Shown one piece after another: positions 1-9,037 of a stretch of DNA of 34,250 nucleotides (positions within the stretch are counted from its first letter, which is position 1; every line of letters begins with the position of its first letter). The position numbers and the translations under genes were made by a program. The stretch covers positions 1 through 34,250 of the IMG/VR virus record IMGVR_UViG_3300032285_003710; one strand, 5' to 3'. This stretch comes from a virus. Its lineage: Duplodnaviria; Caudoviricetes. The notes beneath the pieces were generated by a model. The model saw only the letters and a program-made list of their open reading frames with translations. It was not told where the DNA came from and ran no database searches.

Positions 1-1119
1 GCCAATCAACGCTCGCCACAGCACGGTATCACGCCCGCGACGACGCGTGGGGCTGTGATTCGGAATAATACCTTCACGTCTTTCTCCGGTCAGCACATCT
101 ATGTCGATAGCTATAAGAACTTCGACTTGAAGATTCTTGATAACAGCGCGACGCTCTGTCCGCAGTTTATCTCCTTCGTCACGCAGAACTGGGTGCGTCT
201 CACAGGCAATCCAGCCTTTGCGCCTTTGATCTCGTCTCACGTCAACGTCACGATTCAGGGCAACACCGTCGGTCTCGCGGGGCCGAATAGTTTCTATTAC
301 GACTACAATCTCGCGCCCTATAACGCTACGTTCATGCTGTATCAGTATGATCGCGATGTGACAGATACTTACAATCCCACGCTCATTCCCGGCTTTAAGA
401 ACATTAACATTCAAGGGAATACGATCAGCAACTCGAATGGGAATGACATCGTGTTCAACAACGGCGGTTATTGGCCCGCGACGAGTTCTTTCCAAAACGG
501 CGAGCCTTATGGCCCAGTGCCGAATATCACAGACATACGAGTCATCGAACTCGCTACGCCGCCCGCCGGACCTAAAGTCTGGGACTTCAAACCCGCAGTG
601 CTGCAACCCGCAAAGAGTGCAAAGCCTGTCATTTTGAACAGGCTCGTTTACAAAAGTCTTACGGTGGCTGGGTTTACGCAAAACCTAGAAGCTTGGGCTG
701 GAGCGTCTCGCATCTTTGCGGTGCAGAATATCTTGTTACCCAATCAGAACTTCTGTATCCGACTCGGGCAGAATCTCAACGTCCCTACTTATGTTATGAC
801 CGTAAAGTGGGTCTCACAGGGCGCCGTGAAGCGCTATAAGCTCTGGTCAAACGGCTACGAGGTGCTGAGTTATCCGCTGTATAACGGCGAGATTATCCCC
901 GGCGAAGGCGCTCAGTTTGAATATTGGACTACATCTTTCGCCACAAGAGCTTTCTCCGAGGAGTTTGAGCTAGAAACCGACATCTTAGAAAAGCCAGACT
1001 CGTGTTGTGACGAGGTTGGTACCGCGCTTGCGAACGGTATTTGTCAAATCGGAACTCTGCCGAATCCATATCCGACAGTATATCCGGTTGAAAACTTTTA
1101 CGTTTGCCCAGTGGATTAA
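1..1119 (+). CDS. 5'-truncated tail/tailspike protein with parallel beta-helix repeats
   Basis: Frame is open from position 1. Repeated I-x-x-N-T/S motifs (IRNNTF, ILDNS, IQGNTV, IQGNTISNSNGNDI) are typical of right-handed beta-helices; it sits among virion genes. Confidence 0.6.
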   Translation, partial: ANQRSPQHGITPATTRGAVIRNNTFTSFSGQHIYVDSYKNFDLKILDNSATLCPQFISFVTQNWVRLTGNPAFAPLISSHVNVTIQGNTVGLAGPNSFYYDYNLAPYNATFMLYQYDRDVTDTYNPTLIPGFKNINIQGNTISNSNGNDIVFNNGGYWPATSSFQNGEPYGPVPNITDIRVIELATPPAGPKVWDFKPAVLQPAKSAKPVILNRLVYKSLTVAGFTQNLEAWAGASRIFAVQNILLPNQNFCIRLGQNLNVPTYVMTVKWVSQGAVKRYKLWSNGYEVLSYPLYNGEIIPGEGAQFEYWTTSFATRAFSEEFELETDILEKPDSCCDEVGTALANGICQIGTLPNPYPTVYPVENFYVCPVD

Positions 1120-1137
1120 ATAATCCAGATCAACCCT

Positions 1138-1174
1138 AAGGGTTATCTCCTTTTTTAGGAGATAGCCCTTTTTT
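1138..1174 (+). terminator. Rho-independent terminator-like hairpin
   Basis: AAGGGTTATCTCCT / AGGAGATAGCCCTT stem (one G-U) followed by a T tract. Confidence 0.75.
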
Positions 1175-1179
1175 ACTTT

Positions 1180-2370
1180 ATGTCTCTAAACACTAACCCT
1201 TTTGTCGAAGGCATCGACCCAACGAGTACGTTCGGCGGCTATGCCAGCGTGCTTTTGCAACTTATCCGACAAGCTCAGCCGTCGTCGACGTACGGCATGA
1301 TCTTGTTTGACACCACGGCGCCCGACGTGACTGGGGCGAATGCGTGGCGTAAGCGTTGTTTGTGGTTGAGTTTGTTAAATCCCGCTCAACCCGCGCTTAA
1401 TGTTTATCGTGAATCCGCGCCGGGTTGGGTCAATGTAAACGACATCATCAGCCCAGACACGATCACGACGGCGATGATTAAGGATTATAATCCTGCAACG
1501 CCCGGAACAGGTGTCACCCTCGCAAAGCTCTCCGTCAGCGGCGGCACAGCGAATCAACTCATCCGCGTTAATGCTTCAGCGACCGCGTTTGAGTTTGTCT
1601 CTTTGTCTTCTTTGGTCACAGCGGGATCTATTCCCGTCAGCTCGCTTATCACGACCGGAATCCCGGCGGGTCAATTCCGAATTGCAGGCACGTTCGGCCC
1701 AGGCACCGCGTCTTGGTACACGTCACAGAATGTCATTGATGGATTGACTGATGGTGCTATTTCTACGGATCTTATTGCCCCGGCGGCTGCATCTGGAACG
1801 AGAAGTAAACTTCTTACCACGCGCGTTGGTGATACTTTCGCCACCTGGCGTTACTTTGATCCGAATGTCGACATGCTCGACAATACGATGAGCGGCGGTA
1901 AGTTGCAGAACGGCACTGTCGATGTCTCGAAGATTGTTGTTCCCGCTGGAACTCCTGACGGAGCTTACATTGGACTCGTTGCCGGGGCTTTGGATTTCAT
2001 ACCCTTTCCGACTGCTAACACTGTACTTAAATACGAGTCAACTGCAACAGCGTTGCCCGCTGCAGGTGCTGCAATTACGCCACTAACGCATGGTTTAGGT
2101 GGACAACCTATAAATGTTTATGGTGTGTTGGTTTGCGTCACGGCAGAACATGGATATGTTGCAGGTGATGAGATTCCGTTGAATCAAATTTACGTAACTT
2201 TTTCTAATAACGAAAGCCCTGCTTTTGCTTTACATGCAACAACAACACAAATTCATTGTGTTCGTAACGTAGATGCTGATTTACTTACCTTAAATGGTAG
2301 TACAGGTGCAACGGCTGGTGTTAATCTTACCGCTGCTCGCTGGACCATCAAGTTCTACGCTCTCAAATAA
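1180..2370 (+). CDS. tail fibre-like protein
   Basis: 396 aa, G/A/T-rich, with repeated (I/V)-T-x-x-K/M-(I/L) units (ITTAMI, VTLAKL, VDVSKI) and a C-terminal THGLGGQP tip-domain motif. Confidence 0.6.
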   Translation: MSLNTNPFVEGIDPTSTFGGYASVLLQLIRQAQPSSTYGMILFDTTAPDVTGANAWRKRCLWLSLLNPAQPALNVYRESAPGWVNVNDIISPDTITTAMIKDYNPATPGTGVTLAKLSVSGGTANQLIRVNASATAFEFVSLSSLVTAGSIPVSSLITTGIPAGQFRIAGTFGPGTASWYTSQNVIDGLTDGAISTDLIAPAAASGTRSKLLTTRVGDTFATWRYFDPNVDMLDNTMSGGKLQNGTVDVSKIVVPAGTPDGAYIGLVAGALDFIPFPTANTVLKYESTATALPAAGAAITPLTHGLGGQPINVYGVLVCVTAEHGYVAGDEIPLNQIYVTFSNNESPAFALHATTTQIHCVRNVDADLLTLNGSTGATAGVNLTAARWTIKFYALK

Positions 2371-3359
2371 TGAACTCCCTCATCCAACAAGTTTCCGAAA
2401 CAGTCGGAGTTCTTCCTGACTCACAGGATAAAGAGACTCAAGTGCTCGCGTGGCTGAACCGCGCGGCCGTGATGATCTATGACCAGTATGATCTGCCCGG
2501 CTCTGTGTTCGAGCAGTTCTTCTGCGTCGATAACAATCAGCACGTCGTGACGTTTCCGTGGTATGTGGGCGCGATTCGAGGCGTGCGCTGGCATGACTCT
2601 TCGCGCTTGGTCACGCTCACCGATATGCGCCCTCGCTTTCACGCGGTGCCTTGGACGCAGCCTTATCTTAAATGGCGCCAGATGCAATCAACGCCGTTGC
2701 ATACCCCGCTGACCAACGCGGGGCCTTTGACTTTTCAGATCTCCTCTTTAGAGACAGAGCCGTTTGACATTATCGTCAACGGCCAGACTGCCACGGCGGC
2801 GAATGTTACGGAGATCGTAAGCTTTGCTGTTGGGGATGTGGTGAAATCCACAAGCAATCTCTTCGAACCCGAAAGCCCCTTCGGCATCACTTCGATCAAG
2901 AAGTCGCGTTATACGAATAGCGATGTTCTGGTTTTGAATAGCGCCACCCAAGGCGAGATTGGGCGCATTCCCAATAACCAACTGTACGCCTCAAACTTAA
3001 GGATCCAGATCCTTGATTGGAATGCTGGCGTGCCGTTTATCATCGGTGAAGATTGCGTCGAGGTGCTGTTCAAACAACGCTTCTCGCCCTTCGTCAACAT
3101 CGACTCGATCTGGACCGACGAGCGTCTTGTGCAAGCGCTGGTCTATGGCGTCAAGTATATCTACGCGCTGGAAAAGGAGAAGAATGATGTGGCAGCGATT
3201 AGTAAAGATTTGATGTCCGAGATCTGTAAGAAGGTCTGTGAGAATCTCGAAAGCGGTACTGAGCTTATGGTGCAGACTGAACGCCATGCGACTCAGAACG
3301 CTTCGATCATGTTCCCGACTTGGCCGCTCGTTCAGGGAGGAGTTCGTAATCTATGGTAG
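2370..3359 (+). CDS. head-tail adaptor / tail tubular A-like protein
   Basis: 329 aa. Helical N-terminus (LIQQVSETVG...LAWLNRA) and position just before the nozzle-like gene. Confidence 0.5.
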   Translation: MNSLIQQVSETVGVLPDSQDKETQVLAWLNRAAVMIYDQYDLPGSVFEQFFCVDNNQHVVTFPWYVGAIRGVRWHDSSRLVTLTDMRPRFHAVPWTQPYLKWRQMQSTPLHTPLTNAGPLTFQISSLETEPFDIIVNGQTATAANVTEIVSFAVGDVVKSTSNLFEPESPFGITSIKKSRYTNSDVLVLNSATQGEIGRIPNNQLYASNLRIQILDWNAGVPFIIGEDCVEVLFKQRFSPFVNIDSIWTDERLVQALVYGVKYIYALEKEKNDVAAISKDLMSEICKKVCENLESGTELMVQTERHATQNASIMFPTWPLVQGGVRNLW

Positions 3360-5887
3360 TCACTAAAACAAACTGGCTCGGTGGACTTAATCAGCTCTCG
3401 GATATTACGAAGCTGAAAGAGGACGAATACTGGATTCTGCTCAACGGACGCGTTCGTAAGAATGCTGTTGAGGCCGTGAATCTGCCGTTGAATGTCACGA
3501 ACAATTTGTCTTCTGTAGGAAATATTCAAGACATTACGGCCGCCGGGACCTTGCTTGTCGCGTTTGCGGGCGGCAAGGCGTACTATAAAACCACAAGCGG
3601 AACGTGGAACCTGATCGAGACTTTTGCGATGGGTTCTACTCAGGCGCGTGTTTATACTGCTTTGGTCCCCGGTTCGACTGTGAACTTTACCCGCGGCGTG
3701 ACTTCCTCCACGGGAACTCTAACGCTCGGCGGGGCTGTCGGCGCCTCGCCTTCTGCTTTGGTTGTAATGGATGGCGTGCTGCAACCTTGGGTTATCTTCC
3801 CCGACGGCACTGCTCGCGTGACTGATACTTACGGCAACTGGACTATCGCACATCCTGAATATGTTCCCGTCGCCAATTATCCGATGTTCTATAACGGCGT
3901 TCTTTACGCGGTTATGCAGGAGGCGGACGGGAATAGTCCGTATCGCCGGAAGAATCAGATCGTGCGCTCAGTTACTGGAGCGCCTCTGAACTTTGTTATT
4001 GCGGTGACGCCCACGGGCGACAAGACTTCAATCAAAGAATCCGAGGGCGGAGCTTTGGCGATGGCTACGAATGTCGACTATAACGACATTACCTGTCTCG
4101 CGCCGCTGAACGCTAATGACGGAGGCTTCTTCGTCGGCACTCAGCACTCATCTTTCATAGTCTATCCTGACTATAACAATCTGATCTACGCGGAGCCTAC
4201 TTTCCGCAATCAGAGCATTACTTCGATTGGGCCGCTAAATCCTGATTCTGTTGTGGACGTGCTTGGGGATGTGGCATTTGTTCATGACACCGGAATTAGG
4301 AGTTTCAACGGGATCACGCAATTCCGATTTGAGGGTCGGAATGCGCCCTTTAGCGGCCCAATCAACTCTTTAATGGACGGCATCACTCAAACGTCTGCCG
4401 CGACAGGCACGCACGATAACTATGCGCTGTTCGCCGTCACGACTATTTACGGCAACGGGATTCTGTGGTTTGATATGCTTCTGCAGAAGTTCGTTGCGCT
4501 TGATATTTATCCCGGCGTCGGAACCATTCTTAAGTTCGCTTCAACACTCGACGGAGGCAAGCGATATACTTACTTCATGACGACGACCGGGATTTATCAA
4601 CTCTTTGGCTCGTCGGAGCGGGCGACCGTCTCGATCTACGGCTCAGAAGTTATCCCGTCTGACACCTATAAGAACGTCAAGATGCAGAGTCTGCGTCTGA
4701 CCTTTGATGGCGTAAAAGAAGGCGGCTCTGTCGAGGCGTTGCTGTATGGCGACGGGCAGATTGTGAATCGAAAGACTGCGACTCTTGTCCCGCTCCCGCA
4801 GAATAACTCCACTCAAGCGAGCATTCCCTATAACGGCGGCTTGAATGAGGGCGTTGTTGCAATGGCTGAGTTTAACTTCGTCGACTCGTCGCCTGAGGTT
4901 GAACGGGCGGGCGTTCTTATTCGTTTTGACACGGATGGCCGCTTGATCACTGCCTCGGCCGACGTTGGCCAGAGTGGAACTTGGCCGCGTGTGAATGCTT
5001 TCCGCGGGATCACGCCACATCCTTACGAGACCTTTGCTGTGATTGGCAATGACGGTGTTCCGGATATTGTCGGCGGGGCTGTGTCTCCGACCTTTACTGC
5101 GACAGAGGTCGCTAATCGCAAAGCGCTAAATAACAAGATCCGCTCCATTAACGGCCTGACTAAGGTTATAGGCACCGGCAATCATAACTACGGTTTGCCT
5201 TATGGTGGTTATGACGCTGGAACTGCTGGAGCTTTGGCGCAGACTCTTACCCCATTCTGGGACGCTATCAAAGACAAGCTCTTGTTCGTCCCCGGAATGA
5301 AGGATAATGACTCGGCCGCGGGCAGTCCGTTGTTTGATTACCAGCAGCATCTGCGTTACTTTCAGTATACAAGCGAATATGTTGATATCTTCCTGATCAA
5401 CACGGGCTTTGACTCTTCGTTCGTACAGACCGAAATCGACAACGCCTTCACGCCGCCGCAGACTATCGCAGACAGCCCACAGTTCCAATGGCTCCGTCAG
5501 GCGCTGGCAAATAGCACCAAGAAACACAAATGGGTCGTAGTGCATCAGCCTCCGTTCACGAGCGGCAATGACTACTACAGTTCAATCAATGCAAACGGCT
5601 ACCTTGCTTTTATCCAGAATGTGCCCTTTAAGAACTGGGGTGCAACTGTCCTATTGGCTGGAACTAGTGCTCTTGTTGAAAGGCTTGATTGGAATGGGCT
5701 ACCCGTTATTATCAGCGGCGCTGGCGGCAAGGCTCTTACTACCGTACATAATCCGCCCATTGCGCAATCTCAATTTGCTGCGGCCCAAGCGGCTTATTGG
5801 GAAGCTGTCGTGAGCAAGCTCTCTGTTGAGTTTGTTTGTAAAACTGCAACTGGCTCAATTCTGGATAGGTATTTTCAACCAGTATGA
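3353..5887 (+). CDS. tail nozzle / P22 gp10-like protein fused to a C-terminal degenerate calcineurin-like metallophosphoesterase domain
   Basis: N-terminal WLGGLN...E...N motif and a beta-rich body. C-terminal ~290 aa follow purple-acid-phosphatase motif order: FAVIGND, GTGNHNY, VPGMKD, QFQWLRQAL, VVVHQPPF, LLAGTSA, ISGAGG. Confidence 0.65.
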   Translation: MVVTKTNWLGGLNQLSDITKLKEDEYWILLNGRVRKNAVEAVNLPLNVTNNLSSVGNIQDITAAGTLLVAFAGGKAYYKTTSGTWNLIETFAMGSTQARVYTALVPGSTVNFTRGVTSSTGTLTLGGAVGASPSALVVMDGVLQPWVIFPDGTARVTDTYGNWTIAHPEYVPVANYPMFYNGVLYAVMQEADGNSPYRRKNQIVRSVTGAPLNFVIAVTPTGDKTSIKESEGGALAMATNVDYNDITCLAPLNANDGGFFVGTQHSSFIVYPDYNNLIYAEPTFRNQSITSIGPLNPDSVVDVLGDVAFVHDTGIRSFNGITQFRFEGRNAPFSGPINSLMDGITQTSAATGTHDNYALFAVTTIYGNGILWFDMLLQKFVALDIYPGVGTILKFASTLDGGKRYTYFMTTTGIYQLFGSSERATVSIYGSEVIPSDTYKNVKMQSLRLTFDGVKEGGSVEALLYGDGQIVNRKTATLVPLPQNNSTQASIPYNGGLNEGVVAMAEFNFVDSSPEVERAGVLIRFDTDGRLITASADVGQSGTWPRVNAFRGITPHPYETFAVIGNDGVPDIVGGAVSPTFTATEVANRKALNNKIRSINGLTKVIGTGNHNYGLPYGGYDAGTAGALAQTLTPFWDAIKDKLLFVPGMKDNDSAAGSPLFDYQQHLRYFQYTSEYVDIFLINTGFDSSFVQTEIDNAFTPPQTIADSPQFQWLRQALANSTKKHKWVVVHQPPFTSGNDYYSSINANGYLAFIQNVPFKNWGATVLLAGTSALVERLDWNGLPVIISGAGGKALTTVHNPPIAQSQFAAAQAAYWEAVVSKLSVEFVCKTATGSILDRYFQPV

Positions 5888-6249
5888 GTGCATGTATCAA
5901 CGCCATAAAGCTTTTCGAATGGGTCTTAGCGCATCCTGGGCGCGAGAATTGTTTCGGAAAAGCTTCCAACGTTGATATCGTCATGCACTGTGACCGAATC
6001 CTTCAGGACCCTAATACAGATCTATTCGTCCTCGAAGGCGAAACAGAAACCCCTTTAGTCGCACTATGGTGCGAGCTTGATAGTGAGCGTAAGAACATAC
6101 ACATTCTGAATATTCTCGGCGACCGCGGCTGCTTGCCTAGTGCAATAGGTGCGTGGAATGCGCTTTATCCCGGCTGGACTGTCAGTGGCGCGCGGCGCAA
6201 GAGTAAGAAGAATGTGCAGTATAGAATTTCAGACTTCGTAAAACAATGA
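5884..6249 (+). CDS. small virion-associated protein (possibly GNAT-like fold)
   Basis: 121 aa, ATGA-coupled on both sides; occupies the usual slot between nozzle and ejection proteins in podoviruses. Confidence 0.4.
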   Translation: MSACINAIKLFEWVLAHPGRENCFGKASNVDIVMHCDRILQDPNTDLFVLEGETETPLVALWCELDSERKNIHILNILGDRGCLPSAIGAWNALYPGWTVSGARRKSKKNVQYRISDFVKQ

Positions 6250-7559
6250 ACACATTTGAGTTTAATCTCTCTAAAGTTCTCAGCCACTCGTTGGTCTGGG
6301 AATCTTCTCGTCTTGAAGTTGACAATGGTATTCCTCTGGGATATTATCGAAACGGCACGAATGTCATTCCGAACACCTCAGAGTCGATGGAGTCTGTGAT
6401 GAAGGCTTATCGGGAGAATCTTATCCCGATGATTCAGAATCAGATTCAAGCGGCTCAAGCTTATGAGCCAGCGATGCAGACTCTGCGCGAGCAGATCTCG
6501 CCGCGTGAGCAGCAGCTTAACGCTGATCTTTATGCTCAATACGGGTCTCAGTTTGCAAAGACTGGATCTGACATTGCGCGTCAGAACGCTGAGGCTCAGG
6601 CCGCCACGGATCTCGGTATCGTGAGCGGGACGGGTCGAGACCTCGTTCGCGAGGCCATGAAGACACAGAAGGAAGCTGATCCTGAAGCTTATCGTGCGCG
6701 TGAGTTGGCGTTGTCGAATCTTGAGAATCTCAATCGCTCACTGACTGATCCCAACGCCGGACTTAGCGGTGCCGAGCGCGCTGAAGTTGATCGCTCTCTT
6801 GCGCGTGAGAACTTTGCGCGTGGCACTGGAGCGACTCCGACGGCGACTTCCACTGTGGCGAATGCTATGGCGTTTGGTGGCGCCGGTGAGGCTCGCAAAG
6901 CTCAACGACAGAGCGCGATTGCAAATGCTGCTCAGCTCGCCGCTGGGGCTGTTCAACCTTTGTCTTCACGCATTGATACTTTCCAGCTCACGACTGGTCG
7001 TCCGTCTGTGAATCAAGGCGAGGCTCGCACTGGTGGCGCTCGTGAGGTCGGACAGGAATCGAATGCGATGGGCATGAATCTGTTTGGTAATGCGAGTCAG
7101 ATGCGCCAGCAAGAGAATCAACTCAACGCTCAGCGCAAGACTGGTCTCGATCAGTTCACGCAGGTTATGGGTTCGATGCCGTCTGTGTCTTGCTGCTGGA
7201 CTTTTGCTGAGGCTTATTACGGCTGGGCTAATATCCCGGACGCTGTAAAGGTGTCGCGTGATCTGCATTATACGCCTCGTAGAAGGGAAGGTTACAGGAT
7301 GATGAGCCGCTTCTTGGTGCCTCGCATGCAGCGTTCAAAAGTCTGGCGCGCTGTCGTGAATGCCCTTCTGATTAAGCCGATGACCGCGCATGCTGAGTGG
7401 TATGTCAATGGCAAAGGATTTGGATGGATCTTCAGTCCGCTCCAGAAAACTTATCTCGCTCTGTGGGATTACTACGGAGAACGCGCTGGCGTTCCTGCCG
7501 AGGTGTTCAACTTAAGGTTGGCCGCTGGGCCGTGGAACTCTGGCATTTACCCGCGCTGA
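6246..7559 (+). CDS. internal virion / DNA ejection protein with C-terminal CFI-box-CTERM-like domain
   Basis: A/Q-rich helical body. Tail CCWTFAEAYYG...V..SRD...EGY...LV..M.RS...R..V..LLIKP resembles CFI-box-CTERM. Confidence 0.55.
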   Translation: MNTFEFNLSKVLSHSLVWESSRLEVDNGIPLGYYRNGTNVIPNTSESMESVMKAYRENLIPMIQNQIQAAQAYEPAMQTLREQISPREQQLNADLYAQYGSQFAKTGSDIARQNAEAQAATDLGIVSGTGRDLVREAMKTQKEADPEAYRARELALSNLENLNRSLTDPNAGLSGAERAEVDRSLARENFARGTGATPTATSTVANAMAFGGAGEARKAQRQSAIANAAQLAAGAVQPLSSRIDTFQLTTGRPSVNQGEARTGGAREVGQESNAMGMNLFGNASQMRQQENQLNAQRKTGLDQFTQVMGSMPSVSCCWTFAEAYYGWANIPDAVKVSRDLHYTPRRREGYRMMSRFLVPRMQRSKVWRAVVNALLIKPMTAHAEWYVNGKGFGWIFSPLQKTYLALWDYYGERAGVPAEVFNLRLAAGPWNSGIYPR

Positions 7560-7795
7560 CATTTGTCCCGCCGCATCATCACGATTTTGATGGCAAGTTC
7601 TTTAAGCTCTTTGGAAAAGGAGTAATCAACAAAGGTCACATCACCAAGATGTGGCCTTTCTTTGATTTCAGACTTTATAATATTCGCAAGGGCGAAAGGC
7701 ACTGGCTACAAAACAGCAATCTTCCTTTAATTTTTGTAAACATTCAGAAACATACTGGCGCTGTGACAAGTGCTGGTGAGAACTTTGTGGAGTAA
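7463..7795 (+). CDS. small cupin-like protein (start uncertain)
   Basis: VELWHLPALTFVPPHHH resembles cupin motif 1 (PxHxH). It fills the gap to the next ATG and overlaps the 3' end of the upstream gene. Confidence 0.4.
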   Translation: MGLLRRTRWRSCRGVQLKVGRWAVELWHLPALTFVPPHHHDFDGKFFKLFGKGVINKGHITKMWPFFDFRLYNIRKGERHWLQNSNLPLIFVNIQKHTGAVTSAGENFVE

Positions 7796-7797
7796 TT

Positions 7798-9033
7798 ATG
7801 GCATCTCAACTAAACAAATACGCACAGAATATCGCGCGTGCTCGCTATGCGACTCCCGCTATTCCCGCCACTGGCGTGCGATCTTCGCGCGCTAAGATTT
7901 CCATTCCGTCCCCGTCAGCCACTGGTCCCGCCGCTAAGGCTCCCGATGCGAAAGTCCCCACTGGGGTCGAACCCGGCGAGCCTACTGCGCCTGAGTATAA
8001 TCCTATCATCGACGCGGAGACTATGTCGCCGCCCGTTGATCCTAACCGCCAAGAAGCTATCGCCAATCAGGCTCGCATGCCGCGCTTTGCCATTGGCAAC
8101 CCTAACGTCGGAAACATTGATCTTGGCTCGCTGCTCTCTGCGAAGGCTAATCCTAACTACGATCCCAACGCGCCCGTCGGCGGCGCTAATGTTCCTTTTC
8201 AGGAGACTAAAGGCGTGGGCGGTTTCTTCCGGCGTATGTTTGGTGACACTGCGAACGAGCAGAATGTTGCTGCGCAGGAACAGCAGAAGGCTGAATGGAA
8301 GACTGAAGACACGCTTGCTAAGCGTCGGGCTGAGAAAAAAGCTGATCTTGAGGAAGAGATTCGTTTGCGTGAGGCTGGTCCTGCTGAACGGTTTAGGAAG
8401 ACCGAAGAGCGTTTGACTAAGTCTGAAGAGACTGCCGCTCGTGAGCGTGCACTTGATCGCGATCGCGCTTATTTCGAAGCCAATCGTAACTGGGTAGCTG
8501 GACAAGAAAAAGCTGCCCGTGATACTGCGCGAGAGGCTGCCGAACAAGGATTCAAAGAACGTCAGGTTGGTTTGGCCGAAAGTATGGCGGGTCAGATTCA
8601 TGCGACTGGTTTGCCCGGTGGCGGCGCAATTGTGACTAATCCTAAGGCCGGAACTGTTAATGTTGTCTCGCCGGGAACTCCTGGTTTTGGTGCTATGCCT
8701 GCGGTGCCTCCTCGCACGCAGCAGGTTTACCCGCAGCCGAAAGCTCCTGCTGCTGGCGGCGCGCAGGTTGACCGCATGACTGGCGCGCCGATGGGCGGAC
8801 CTTTACCAGTTGAGGCCGGACAACCTACAGCTGCTGTGACTCCTCCACGCGCTGGATTGATGGATATGATCTCTAGCGGCGCTGAGAATGTTGGCGGCGC
8901 TTTGGGCCTCGAAGGTGTTTCTCAGATTCCAGCGGCGCTCGGTGATTTGATCACGCGAGATCCTAAGGAAGTTGAAAAGGCTGCTCGTAGCCGTGCGCGT
9001 TATATGGTTCCGGGAATGCAGCGGACCTTCTAA
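7798..9033 (+). CDS. internal virion / ejection protein
   Basis: 411 aa, P/A/G-rich with a central charged coiled coil; lies between two other ejection-type genes. Confidence 0.55.
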   Translation: MASQLNKYAQNIARARYATPAIPATGVRSSRAKISIPSPSATGPAAKAPDAKVPTGVEPGEPTAPEYNPIIDAETMSPPVDPNRQEAIANQARMPRFAIGNPNVGNIDLGSLLSAKANPNYDPNAPVGGANVPFQETKGVGGFFRRMFGDTANEQNVAAQEQQKAEWKTEDTLAKRRAEKKADLEEEIRLREAGPAERFRKTEERLTKSEETAARERALDRDRAYFEANRNWVAGQEKAARDTAREAAEQGFKERQVGLAESMAGQIHATGLPGGGAIVTNPKAGTVNVVSPGTPGFGAMPAVPPRTQQVYPQPKAPAAGGAQVDRMTGAPMGGPLPVEAGQPTAAVTPPRAGLMDMISSGAENVGGALGLEGVSQIPAALGDLITRDPKEVEKAARSRARYMVPGMQRTF

Positions 9034-9037
9034 GACT

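Noticed and set aside
7541-7556. TGGCAT...GC on the + strand as a late sigma54 promoter
   Set aside because: Spacing is GG-N11-GC and it lies within coding sequence.
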